A DNA stretch of 64,000 nt from Amoebidium appalachense (lineage: Eukaryota; Protista; Ichthyosporea). Below, piece after piece: positions 33,750 through 53,229 of the stretch; position 1 is the first letter of the stretch; each line of letters begins with the position of its first letter. The position numbers and the translations under genes are program-made. The stretch is taken from the NCBI GenBank assembly GCA_963693365.1, contig CAVNZM010000012.1:2108001-2172000 (forward strand), written 5' to 3'. A model generated the notes under the pieces. That model was given only the letters and a program-made list of their open reading frames with translations, had not been told where the DNA came from and made no database searches.

Positions 33750-33805
33750 CATTAGTATTATAATTATTATTACCAGTATTATTATATTATATTTTATTAT
33801 ATTAT
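33615..33805. repeat. (TTG)n/(TTA)n low-complexity tract
   Basis: Trinucleotide runs immediately 3' of the paralogue B stop codon. Confidence 0.9.
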
Positions 33806-33830
33806 TTGTTTGGGGGGGGGGGGGAATAAG

Positions 33831-40818
<6,988 letters not shown>

Positions 40819-41033
40819 GGCTGAGCGTTCTTGAGTAGTTCTTTTTGGTGACCTCAGCGGCTCTACGATTTCAGTTTTTGAGGCCGAATACAGCTAATAA
40901 CGGCACTGCGAGTCACTCAGTTTGTTCTTGGCGTGAAGAAGTTCTATATGGCTGTAGAAAGGAGTTCGCTGTTGCATGCGGTCAACAAGGGTCAACATGA
41001 GTCACTGTTTTATTTGCTTCTTCAGTTGAAGGT

Positions 41034-41077
41034 ATGAAACTCACCGAAGTAAATGATGAAACTCACCGAAGTAAATG
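41034..41077. repeat. 22-bp tandem duplication
   Basis: TGAAACTCACCGAAGTAAATG occurs twice. Confidence 0.9.
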
Positions 41078-41520
41078 CCAAATATTCAACAAATCAACGA
41101 AGGCTCGTCCGATTGGTTCGGAACGCACCTTTATTTATTCAGGTGTCTAGTTACAGCCAATCATCGTCTAGTCTGCCTTGTAATCCAATCATGTGTGAGT
41201 TGTGGAAAGTAGGCAGATAGCTTTTTAGGGTCTGCAGTGAGCTACCGTACATACATCTTCATCATGTGGTTGCTGCAGCTGACTAGATAATTATTTGGCG
41301 GTTATTTTGGTTTATTTAAATAGTAAACTGATTCAAGAAGCTTAGTAGGTATTTTGGGGGGAAAAAATTTAATTTTCAAGTTTCTGAAAATGGTTTTGTT
41401 CATGAGGACTCATTTGTCAGCGTTGAAGCTTTTTTTACTACGCTTCGGGCACGTGACTCAGCAACCATCTGATTGTGAGCCACATGACTCGGAGCCTCCA
41501 TGTTCCCCGTGCACGGGCAG

Positions 41521-41863
41521 ACTGAGTCGCTTCGCGTTGATTTAAATATCTTACCGGCGAATTTAGAGAACCAAAGCCGTTCTCTAAATATCTAAAAGTC
41601 TGCTCGATTCGCGTAGATTGTAAATCGCAATTCTATTGGATAATAGATATTTAGGCGAGATCTAAGGACCAATCGTCTCATCCTAGACATCTTGCAGACC
41701 CCCACCCTCTTCCAGATTCGCTCATCTGGAGGAGGGTCGAAATCGATCTAAATTTTATACAAACTTTAAAAGGTTAACAGATTGATTGGATTGCGCAAGT
41801 TTTATACGTAAATTTAACAATCTAGATATTTAGATATCTAGATTAACGCGAAGCGGCTCAGTG
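41521..41863. mobile_element. MITE with about 30-bp TIRs (CACTG/CMC-like)
   Basis: Left end ACTGAGTCGCTTCGCGTTGATTTAAATATCT; reverse complement of the right end CACTGAGCCGCTTCGCGTTAATCTAGATATCT. Subterminal CTA(A/G)ATATCT repeats and an internal 14-bp hairpin near 41705-41738. No clear TSD. Confidence 0.75.
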
Positions 41864-42012
41864 AAGACGGCCCGACCGCTCTGTGTCTCAGTTTTCCCCC
41901 TCCCCTTGTGTCCGCTCCTCTATATTAGGGCCATCACAGTTATATAGAGCTAGTTGTTGAGAGTTAGGAAATAGTGGAGTAAGCCAGGAAACGGTTAGAC
42001 AGGGCGAGAAAA

Positions 42013-43733
42013 ATGGCCGCAGGTAAAGACTCCAACGCCGCCATTGCGCAGGCGCAAATGCGCCGAACAGGCGCTGACCTTCTTGGTGGAACCGTAGGAG
42101 GTATCTTCCAGGCTTTGGTCGGGCACCCGCTTGATACCATCAAAGTGCGACTACAAAACCAAGGGAACAAGGTGATCTACAAGGGGACTGTCGATTGCTT
42201 CAGGTGTGTGCCAAATTCCACACTAGAGGAATTAGGAGGATGAATGTGTGTTCAGGTTTCGGAGCAATGATGAACACGTTGGTTGTGTGGGGTTTGGTGT
42301 GGGGAGAGAGGCGGGGGGGGAAAGGGAGGGGAGGGGTGAGAGGGGCTGGGGAGGAGGGGGGGGGGGGCAGAGGGTATGTTGGCTACGGCCGTTATGGTCG
42401 CTAGTAGCGTGCCATGCAGGCTTTTAGGAGTTGAAAAAGTGTAGTGCGTCAATTCTTGGAACCAGGGAAGGAATGTTGGTAGCAGCACACAGGCGGTTTG
42501 TTTACTTAGATGAATTGTCCAAGAGACATTCTTGTCGTTTTGGTAACTGTGTCCTTCCATCTGCAGGCAGACTGTGCAGAAAGAAGGATTCCTTGGCCTT
42601 TACAAGGGTCTGAGCAGTCCCCTTGTGATGGCCGGCTTCCTTAATGCAGTTGTCTTCGGGTAAGTGACTTTGAATAGTGATGTGCTTCCTTCCGCCTCCC
42701 AGTCGTTGCCTCTTGTTCAAACCTATGAGCTAATATTCCCCTGTTCCCCTCAGCCCCCCTCCCCCCTCCCCCCTCCCCGTCCCCTACCACCCGCCCCCCC
42801 CGTGGCACACACCTTGGCCCCCCCTCGAAACACTTGTATACAGACACACTCACTTACTCGCTCTCACACTCACACTCACAAAACTCACTCTATCACTCAC
42901 TCACACAAGAACACAAGCACACACCCGGCTTTCAGTAGTTTGTGAACAGCCCCCACTGATACACTGGCTAGCGTGGCTTGACCACGCCTGGCCCGCTACC
43001 CTCACGGTTACATCCTTGAAACACACACACACACACTCACTCACTCACTCACACACACACACACTCACTCACTCAGTCACTCACTCAGTCACCCGATCAC
43101 TCACTCACTCATTCACACACACATGCACATTGGGGTCGTGCACATCAAATTTCCATGACAAACACACGCACACACGCACACTAGATCCCCTACTTAGCTG
43201 GTCCTGGCGTTCATACACCTTCCAGGAATTATGTGCACACTGGCTTATCGATCCATTCTCAGGGTTAACGGGGGTATCAAGCGGATTATCGGCTATGCCA
43301 GCAACACTCCACCCAACCAACTAAGTACCCCTCAGCTTGTCTGTAAGTGTTCCTGTAAGCATGGTCTTTGTACTGCACGTGAGACATGGGGATGGGGTTG
43401 TAAAATGGTGTTATCTATCCCAGAGGAGGGTTGGATGGGGGGGGGGGGGGGGAGGGGAGGGGAAGGAGTGGTTAATTTTTCATATTTCCAACGTCAGCTT
43501 TTGACCTGCTTCCCCCCTTCTTTCCCCTCCTCCCCTTTCCCCCCTGCCATCCACATCCCCATAATCGTTGCCTATTGATTTCAATCACACCACATCCACC
43601 TCAGTACTACCGTTCACATTAGCCAATGCCAACCCCCCCCCCCCCCCCCCCCCCTCTTCCCCCTCCCTTCACCATCTCCAGTAAAACACATTTTGCATTT
43701 TGCACAACACCTCCGTGCCTCTCAAGCACTTGG

Positions 43734-43773
<40 letters not shown>

Positions 43774-44120
43774 GCACACACACACATACAAACACCTTTC
43801 TTGCATACACACACACTTGCACTCGCATACATTCATGCCCACATGCTTACTCACTCGCGCTCGGACTCACACTCACACTTATCAACACATGCGCGCGCGC
43901 GCGAACAACATTAACACAAAATCCATGCTCGAAAACTGGCCGATAGAGTTACTGTGCGTCTTTCTTCTGTACTGCACAATGTACAAACATTATCTGACTT
44001 TGTGTGTTTGTGTGTGTGTGCTCTTACAGTGTGTGCATGGGGTACGGCACCCATCTACGCGGCCGTGTTGAACCCAGTGGACGTGGTCAAGAACAGATTG
44101 CAGGTACGTGTGTGTGTTTG

Positions 44121-44152
<32 letters not shown>

Positions 44153-45553
44153 CGGGATGGGGTTCTGTGTGAAAGGCTGGCTTTTTCGGGCGGGGGGGGG
44201 GGGGGGGAGGAGAGAGGGGCGAAGAACTAGTTTGGGTGGATCTAACAGACACTGGCAGTGTTTTTTTTATGGGAGTGGCTAGGATATGGGTGTTTTTGAT
44301 AACGGCATCGGCACGTGTGAGTGAAGGCCGAAGGGGTGTATGTGTGAAGTGGGAAGGGGAGGGGGGAGGGGACCTGGGGGGGCGTGGAGGAGGTTTTCTT
44401 ACGACAATTAGAGATAATCTGACGTAGCCTTGATTGTGAGATTATGGTGGTGGTGGCCTGGGTAATGGGGGTGAGGAGGGCTTTGTGGGGGGGGGGGGGG
44501 GGGGATTTGGGGAGGCACCGGGAAAGGATATGATGGCTTGACAGACGGGAGAAGATGTTCCCGGGGGGGAGGGGGGGCGGGCAACTTGAAAGGCGTGATT
44601 GGTCGGAAGTGAACACAGGTTACGGTGGTGGGGGGAGCGGAGGTGGGGTTGATTATCCTTGGGAAGGGTAGTCATGAATATGGCGAATGGACCCGGTGAA
44701 GGCTTGTGCCCAATTAGTGTGTTCGTTGTGTATGGGAATAGGTGGCCGAGGGGTGAGCAGGTGGGGAGGAGGGGGAAGGGGGGGGGGGGGGGGGGGGGTG
44801 GACAATATCGTGACACTAAGAAATGGCCATGCAGATTCAAAGTGCTGGTGCAGAGAAGCTCTACAACGGACCCATCGACTGTCTGGCTAAGACTCTGAAG
44901 GTGTGTGTGGTTGATTTTTTTCCGATGCAGCGGTAGCATGCATCACTCTTGTCAATGCGCAAGTGGCAAATAAGGGGTGGGGTGGGGTGGGGTGGGTGGG
45001 GGGGGGGGGGAGAGATGATAGGATGCATTTTAGGGCATCCCCGGAAAACAGGAGAGGGGTGGAGGCCCTCTTTCTCTTTCTTTCTTTTTTCTTCTTTTTC
45101 CCCTCACCGTTTTTCCGCTTACATCCTTTTCTTGGGTCTTCTTTGAGTGCCGGCCGGTGGTCGGGGGGTGGGGGGAAGTGGGGATGGCGGGATGGATGCC
45201 ACCGTATATACGTAAAAGAGAATAAGGAAAGAGGGATGTTGACGGATTGGTTGGGGGCGGCAGTGGTGGCAGGCACGGGGGGGGGGGGGGGGGGGGGGGG
45301 GGCTCTTGGTCCTAATGCCGGTAGCTGCAGTGTGTATGCATATGATAGAAGAAGGAAAGGTGTGTGTGGGGGGGGGGGGGGTGGGGGGGGGGGGGGGGGG
45401 GGGGGGGGGCAGCTCTGCTATGGTCATATTGGCAGCTGGGGGTGTGAGGGTGGACAGCAAATTGAGAGATGTCTGTGTGCAGGCGGATGGTGTGAAGGGC
45501 CTGATGAGGGGATACTCGGCAACATGCATGACAAGGTGTGCGTGTGTGTGTGT

Positions 45554-45585
<32 letters not shown>

Positions 45586-45647
45586 GGGGGGGAGGGATGT
45601 GTTTGTGTGTATGGGGGGGCCGGGGAGGGGGGTGGGGAGTGGGAGGC

Positions 45648-45678
<31 letters not shown>

Positions 45679-45739
45679 CGCAGGAGAGGGGGGTGGGGAA
45701 GGATGATGGAATAAAGAAAGAATGGGTGTGGGTTTTATG

Positions 45740-45789
<50 letters not shown>

Positions 45790-46546
45790 GGTGGGTGGGT
45801 ATGTGTGTGCTTGGGGGGGGGGGGGGGGGGGGGGGGGGTTATGCGGGATACATGGCTAATCATGGAGTGGACAGTGGAAGAATATGGAGTAAGCACATGC
45901 AGAGTAACAGTTGATTCGAAGAATGTGGCTATGGAATGCATGTGTACGGACTGTTCCACTTGGGAAGACAGTTTCTTCATTTTTCTTTTCTTTTCTTTTT
46001 TTTTTTCTTTGTTGTTTTTCATTTTATTTTATTTTATTTCATTTTATTTTATTTTTTTTGAGAGGGGGACGGGGGAAGGGGGGGGGGGGGGGGGAAAAGG
46101 GGCCTGGGTGCTTGTGGAGGGTTGGGGAGAGGGGGGGGGGGGGGGGGGAAGGGGCATTGAATGTGCATTGAATGTTGTGTAGTTCCATGTAGATCTATGT
46201 TGTGTAGTTCCATGTAGATCTATGTTGTGTAGTTCCATGTAGATCTATGTTGTGTAGTTCCATGTAGATCTATCTGCTACCGTTGAGTTTTGCATACGGT
46301 TGGGGGTTGGCTGGTGAAAAAGGGTTTCCAGTACCCGTTGTCCCTAACATGTCTGTGTGTGTGCACAGGGTTGTGGGCATGCCGTTCTACTTCACGTCGT
46401 ATGAGTTGGTGCGTCGGTCATTCATCCCCCCAGGAGGCACCAAGGATGACATTAAAACACAACACACACTCATTGCAGGTGTGTGCATGCATCACCCTAT
46501 CACTCCTTTTCTCTTCATATCTCTCCCTCTCTCCGCTTCTCTCTTT

Positions 46547-46577
<31 letters not shown>

Positions 46578-46780
46578 CCTCTCTCTCTCCCTCCCCCCCC
46601 CCCCCCCCCCCCCCCCCCCTTCCCCCCCCTTCCCCCCCTCTCTCCATTCTCTGTCTTCCGCCCCCTCCCCCCTCTCCCGCCCTCTCTCTCCCCTTCCCCC
46701 CCCTCTCTCTACCCCCCCCTCTTCCTCTCTTTTCTTTTCTCTTGCTCTTTCTCTCCCTCTCTCGCCGCTTTCTTTCTCTC

Positions 46781-46816
<36 letters not shown>

Positions 46817-48886
46817 ACCACCACCACCACTGGGTCCTGTTCAATGCCATGTCCATAAGCTGGCTGTCAGAGTGGAACCATAAGAAGAAGAAAATGTGTT
46901 GGTGGTTACGTTGGTGGGTGGCAAGCAGGGGGAATAACAACGGGGGGGGGGGGGGGGGGGGGGGGGGGGAGGGGGCACCAGTGTGTGGGTGGAGGAGGAA
47001 ACAGGACAGGAGAAGATCAGGGATAAAAAACACTGCCATGTGTTGGGGGGGGGGAATAACGGATATGGAATCGGAGCAAGCAAGCAGTATGTAACATGCA
47101 CTACATAGCAGTACACCCACATGCATTCCCCTTCCCTTTCCTTTTAGACCTGACGGTTTCCACCACCACCGGATTTTTTTGTTCATGATTTGAATGTGTT
47201 CTTTTTCTCGTGTGGGGTTCTTTTTGTTATCCGGCGACCCCCTTCGATTTCCCCTTCTGGCAGCACAACTATACATGCAACCGCAACATCCCCCCCCCTC
47301 CCCCCCCCCCCCCCCCCCCCCCTCCTCCTCCTCCTTCTCCCTCCGGGGAGGGGCACCATGATACACGCACGTTGTCGAATGACGCACATACATGCTCACA
47401 CACAGGCACAACTATCACACACACACAAACACACACACACACAAAAAAAAAAAAGTAAAGAAAGAAAGAAAGAAAGAAAAAAAGAAAAGAGAGGGCAAAA
47501 AAAAAAAAAAAGTCCAACAAGCACACATTGAATTTTCGGTATTTCTTGTGGCAGTTATCTGAACATCTCACGGTGTTTTGCTGACACTGTGTCTTGTCTC
47601 CAGGGGCGACTGCCGGCATCACGTTCTGGGGTGCAAACTATCCCATTGACTTTGCCAAAACGCGAATGCAAACAAGGGTAAGTGGCCCCCTCGATGATAT
47701 GTTCTAACCCCAACATCATACCTGGGACTCCTTAAAGGGGGGTCCTTTTAGGGATCCGGGGTGGGTCAGACCCGAAGGCAATATAGACTTAACGATCGGC
47801 GAGATGCGCATCAAAGACCATTTTGCCCTGACCCGAAAAGGCCCATAAATCGGTCTTAAATAAACCCCCTTAATCACTCTGCAATCCATAGGGTCTGTGT
47901 CGGTCTTTCTTGATGGGGCGTCACATTGATATAAATTTGACGGAAGTGCTGACGTCACCGTTGTTGCTCATGGCCGCCAAAAGCCGATGGAAGGCCGATG
48001 GAAATCGAGTCCACATGGGGTGACCATTACTTGGGAATCGCCATACAGAGCAAAGTCTTTCTATGCCGTTGAGAAACGTTAACGACGACATAGTCGTTAC
48101 TCTGACTGATTTTGGGCTATTTTATTGCCAGGAAGTCACGTGAGATCCTTACCTTTTCATTGATTCCTCGTGTAGCTGCGCCAAAACCCCCCTGCAAATG
48201 TTTGGACCATTACTTCGACTTGTGTGGTGCATTATCCTTTCTAATTGGTGCATGTGTGCATTCCTGCAGAGGGAGGGCAATGCTGGGCTGTGGGGGACCA
48301 TGCGTCAGGTGGTGGCCACTGAGGGGGGCATATTGGCGCTCTACCGTGGATTCACTCCCTGCATCATGAGGTGGGTTAACGTGTTGCATTATTGCATAAT
48401 AACAACATCACATGGCACATTACACAAGGAGTGGTGGAAGGTGCAAAGGAATAGCGACTAGAAAGATGCGTGCGTGTGCATGGACGTGTGTACACGCACA
48501 TGCACACACACGCACAGATTTGTACACACATACCCCCAAGCACAAGCACACTATGGTACAGCCTAGACATGTGCACGTGCACACCTGCACACAATCACTT
48601 ACAGACGCGTACACACATACCGTGGGCTAAGCACAAGCACACGCTGGTAGAGCCTAGACACGAGTCGTTGTACGCCATGCACCCGTTTATGCACACTGGC
48701 AAGGACTGATATTATTAGTATTTGGCGTCTGTTGTGTGCTGGGTTTGGGAGAAGGGTGCATGTTGCTTTTGTGGTTGTGGAATACAGACACGTGCAAGTG
48801 CGCGCACACAAACCTACTCTCACACCAAAAACTCACACACAACACATCCACGTGCGCACACATTCGCTCACACATACACACACATA

Positions 48887-48964
<78 letters not shown>

Positions 48965-49030
48965 GCTGGGCCAGCAAATGCCGTCACCTTCCTTGGGCTC
49001 GAGATCACTCTTCGTGCCTTGGGCTATTAA
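42013..49030 (+). CDS. Mitochondrial carrier (SLC25), carnitine/acylcarnitine or basic amino-acid carrier subfamily
   Basis: Ten in-phase exons: 42013-42203, 42567-42659, 43263-43342, 44030-44103, 44835-44900, 45483-45535, 46369-46478, 47604-47677, 48270-48370, 48964-49030. Three PX[D/E]XX[K/R] signatures ([27 protein letters not shown]), LYKGLSSP and C-terminal [10 protein letters not shown]. Confidence 0.93.
46174..46273. repeat. 25-bp minisatellite, four units
   Basis: GTTGTGTAGTTCCATGTAGATCTAT repeated perfectly in a carrier intron. Confidence 0.95.
47732..47873. mobile_element. TTAA-flanked MITE (Kolobok/T2-like)
   Basis: TTAA|AGGGGGGT...ACCCCC|TTAA, with homologues at 10206-10342 and 58047-58125. 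Confidence 0.7.
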
Positions 49031-49828
49031 TAGCATTGCTCTACTTCCCCCTATCGATACTTTCCGTGTCGCTTTGGTAACTTTAGATTGGAGTTTCAAC
49101 CCTGGAGGGGGGGGGGGGGGGGGGTAGTCACCTGAAACAAATGTGTCTGTTTCCCTAGTGGGTGTGTCCTTTGTTCTTCTGATCATTTATTCGTCCAAAA
49201 AAAGCAGTTCAGGCTCAAACGAATGTGTCAAATATCCTTTCCGTTTTCCCTTCTCCTTTGTTCATGTATTTTCCCTCGCTTTGCTCCTTATTTTTTTTTT
49301 CTTTTCCTTTTTTTTTTTTTTTCCCCCTTCCCTTTTGTTTCCTTTTGTGGGTGTGTGCGTGTGTGCATGTATGTGTGTGTGTTGGTGGTGGTGGTGGTGG
49401 TAGTGGTAGTGGGAGGGGTCTAACCCGTTGGTGTATAATCAACATTGTAATTGTCGTCGTACGAATTCCGTTTGAAAACGTTTTGGGGGGGTCTCGGTAA
49501 ATACCCAAGCCTCCCCGTAAAAACACTTCCGTTTTTCCCTAAAACATGCCCTGAGATGTAATGGCAGCATTCATGCACGAGTGGTTCATAATCTGTAAAT
49601 GTATGATCCGAATCGATGAATGTCCGATTGTGACGCCCCTTGAGCTAATAATATCTGTCCGTGGCAGGAACACGGGTATCTAATGATGCAGAGAATAAAA
49701 AATGCCGCGTCAGAAAGGAATACGTACACTTCATACCAGCTAAAATTGTACAGGAATTGGAACATGTACGATGATGTATCTAATGGCGAAGGCTTTTTTG
49801 ATTTTGAAGCTGGTTGCTGTGCTAGTAG

Positions 49829-50019
49829 CTATGGGGTGGTCAGAGCAAGAATCGTGTTTTGACGACATAGGGATGTGAGCCACATGGTGTAATCTGCCTC
49901 GATTTCATTGGTTCGGCATGTCAGCCATTGAACCCACCAATCAAATCGAGGCAGATTTCACGATGTGGCTCACATCCCTATGTCGTCAAAACACGATTCT
50001 TGCTCTGACCACCCCATAG
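49829..50019. mobile_element. Foldback element / long hairpin, 191 bp
   Basis: Arms of about 84 bp are reverse complements with only three mismatches; the loop is about 23 nt; TAG lies directly on both flanks (possible 3-bp TSD). Confidence 0.85.
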
Positions 50020-51191
50020 TAGCAGTACAATGAGCCCCTTAACCCCCCCCCCCCCCCCGGCGCGTTTAAATTTATTGCACAAAGCCCTGCAAAACTGTTG
50101 ATTCACTCGCATTGGCCAATAAGCAGCACCCCCCGCTGACTCAGGTGTTCTATAATCTACATATCCATGCATGGGATGTAAAATAAACTGCATTTCACCA
50201 TGTGTCTACGCGTCTAATATAGCTGCAGTGTTGTCTGTCTAGCCTAGGGGACGGGGGACCCTTGTGTGCGCACGAGCCACTGTGACACTGATATCCACAC
50301 ACAGAGAGAGAGAGCTGTCTGTGCTACGTTGCACTGTGTGCATTCACGAGCAAAGATATGCGTATTTAAGAAAAAACAAGGCCCTCGCGGTGACTTCAGA
50401 AACTCGAGGCCCACAGGGTTCCATCTACGGTAGGCACTGTGTGGAAGTTATGTATGTAGTAGGAGCAGGTGGAAGCGCCCCTCGGCGGCAGCGGCGGGGG
50501 GGCGAAGAGGGGGGGGGGGGGGGGGGGGGGGGTGGGGGAAGTGCACTGTGCCGCAATTGTAGTTCCCGAAATTCGCTGCACCTTTTAATTGTTGTTCCCA
50601 TGGAACATTTCAGTTACAGCTACAGTCCTTCGTTATATAGAGCAGGGGCATGCAATCAGATATCAAACGGACCAACCAAACAAAAGCTTTAAAAACTTCA
50701 TCACATCAAGTACCAATCATATATGTTCGTGTGCCGGTACCCTACGGATTCAGGCAACATATATAAACCATAACACTAAATATATGCATTCGCAAGCAGA
50801 TGCAAGGTAGAATAGAAGATTCCCGGCTCTTCTGGCATATCAGACCTCAGATAATACACCATATTTTCACTGACTCAACAGATGACAGTATGTGGAATAA
50901 CAATTATTATTGGCACTCAGTAGGCATAAATATAACAGCCTTTACGCACGGCACGCACATGCAACCGCAACTTGAGTATAAGTCTGAGGAATGCATTGTC
51001 TATCGCATAATAAAATGCGCTTCTCAATATCGAAATCCGGGCATATTACGCCTCTATTTCACAGGTCATGTAAATCCATCTACCAAAGCACAAGCGTTAC
51101 AACATTTAGACCAGCAAAACAAACATTTTGGGGGGGGGAAAACACACACACAAACCTGCAACACCATCTCGCACACCAAAATTATATTACT

Positions 51192-51230
<39 letters not shown>

Positions 51231-51259
51231 CACCACCACCACCATCCTTCACGCAGATA

Positions 51260-53229
51260 TCAAAACAGCGCCTGCCCAATCTCCTCATCATCCGACCTAA
51301 TGTCAGGCAGGTCCCAGTGTCCCACATTCATTTCCATCTGTGCCTTCAACTCATCCAACTGCTTTTGGAGTCTCGCGTTGTGTCTCTCCACCTCCCCCAA
51401 TTTCGTTCTGAGCAAATCATTCTGCGCCATATAGGACTCCACTTTTCCTTCCAAATCCTTGATGTATTCCTTCTTTCTCTTGCGGCATTCGCGCGCTGAC
51501 TGCCTGTTCTTTTCCAGTTTTGCGACTTTTCGGGTGTCATCGCTCATCTCATCAGAGTCATCAGCAGCACATTCCGAAATCTTTCTCTCCCTTTTACCGC
51601 TCGGTCGCATGCTCTGTTCAGAAACATTTTCCGGGGTGATTAACGAGGTCTTCCTATTCGCAGGGGATTGCGCAGGGAGGGGCAACTTAATTTTTGGGCC
51701 CGAATTTGCCGCAGCCGCCACCGCCGTCAATGTAGTGCGCCTCCTATTAGCAGCCGTGCCTGAAGATGAAATTTTGGTAGAAGTTTTGGTTGCCGCCGTG
51801 CCAGATTCGCTCACTGTCCGCCTGCGTGGTGGTTGCTGGCGCCGGCCGGTTTGTCTCGTGGATGCTGTGGTGGGTTGGGCAGCTGCTTGTGCTGGCTCTT
51901 GCTTGATTTCAGTGTTCACCTGAAGGGATAAGGAGAAAGGGAAAGGGTTAAGTGGGCGAACTTTGATGCATGAACTAAAAAACGTAGAACATGTGAAAGC
52001 ATTAAAGAAAAAAAAAACATGAAAAAGAGCAAAACAAAGCCTTTGCAGCAGGCAATCTAAACGAGAGAAATCCATGAAAATCAAGGCTACGAATTTTTTT
52101 TTTTTAATGCATGAAAGTCGAACAGGCAAACCTTTACAGAGAAAGGCACTATTGAATACGCAAGGAAACATAAGCACCGAGGCAAATTAAATATAAAACG
52201 TGCATAAAGATATAAAGGAAGCTTCCAAAAAAACAAAAACAAAAAAAAAAACTGGTTTGCGCGACACTCACCTCGTCCTTAATTTCAATGTTGCTTGCAT
52301 CGAGGTCATCGTCATCTAGCAAGTGGTGCAGCACCGAGTCACTCAAGTCATCGTCAAACAGCCCGACAGAAGCATCACAGTTTGGGTCAAACTCAGACGG
52401 AGGCAGGCTATAACCTGGCGCACCATACATCCAATCCATTCCCATAAACGCGGGTGCATGTGTAGATGCCGAGTGCATGTTCGGACTAGCCAATGGCGCA
52501 TGTGGTGGGGTCGAGAGAGGGAGGCTGCACACGTCAGACATTTTGCACGTTTCCGCTGGCGTCTCTTCGGGAATTCGCGCCGTGCTAGGGTGGTAAAGGT
52601 GTGGATTATTATCCATCGGGCTGTGTTGCATCGAGTTGTGCTGCAGGTTTGCTGTGTGCAGTTTCTGCTCGATTTCTGGTTCGGGTGTGGGGACTGCTGC
52701 GTCCTCTGCACGCTCACCAACCGAACGAGGTGAGGGGTGGCAGGGAAGAAGGGGGCTGGTGGCACGTGGGCCTAAAAGCCCAAAGCCTGCTGTGGACGGA
52801 AAAAGACGTAAGTAGACTGAGAGGGTAGTTTACTTTAGTAATAAGAAGAGGCTGGAATTATTAACACGTCCCACCTGAGGCTCTATGTACTGGTGTAAGG
52901 AAGTTGTCGAAGAAACTTTGGCAGTCACGGGACAGGACAGGTAACGTGGATTACCCCTGAGTTCCACTTCGAACATGCAGCACGGATGCTTTCGTGAATA
53001 ACGGACCATGGCATACAATGCACAAGGAAAAATCCTTTCGGTTTCGAAACATCATCAACACTTCACCAACCTACATGTACACAATTCACCAACCTACATA
53101 TACACAGCATCACAACTCACCTGGAATGTATACTGGGGTGCTAGCCCACAGTCCGTAGGGGTGAAACAGCAAAGGCGTCTTGTTGGTGGGATCAACGGAG
53201 GGGCGGTATGCAACCGCTCCAAAATTCAT
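51260..53229 (-). CDS. CREB/ATF-family bZIP transcription factor
   Basis: Exons 53229-53121, optional 52889-52875, 52789-52272 and 51919-51260, in frame. The basic region KLEKNRQSARECRKRKKEYIKDLE (CREB: KNREAARECRRKKKEYVKCLE) is followed by a heptad zipper. The N-terminal exon assignment is less certain than the bZIP exon. Confidence 0.88.

Larger units (their letters stand above)
40819..42012. promoter_or_regulatory. Divergent promoter region between SEC-C/MYND paralogue B and the mitochondrial carrier
   Basis: Head-to-head ATGs 1.2 kb apart in microsatellite-free sequence. CCAAT boxes lie near 41112, 41157, 41186 and 41785, and TGA(C/G)TCA at 40998 and 41454. Confidence 0.5.

Noticed and set aside
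46174-46273. CRISPR-like array
   Set aside because: Head-to-tail repeats without spacers, in a eukaryotic intron.
52770-53010. ATF4/GCN4-style spliced uORF upstream of the bZIP
   Set aside because: An upstream ATG exon (53229-53121) splices in frame into the main ORF, which is the simpler explanation.
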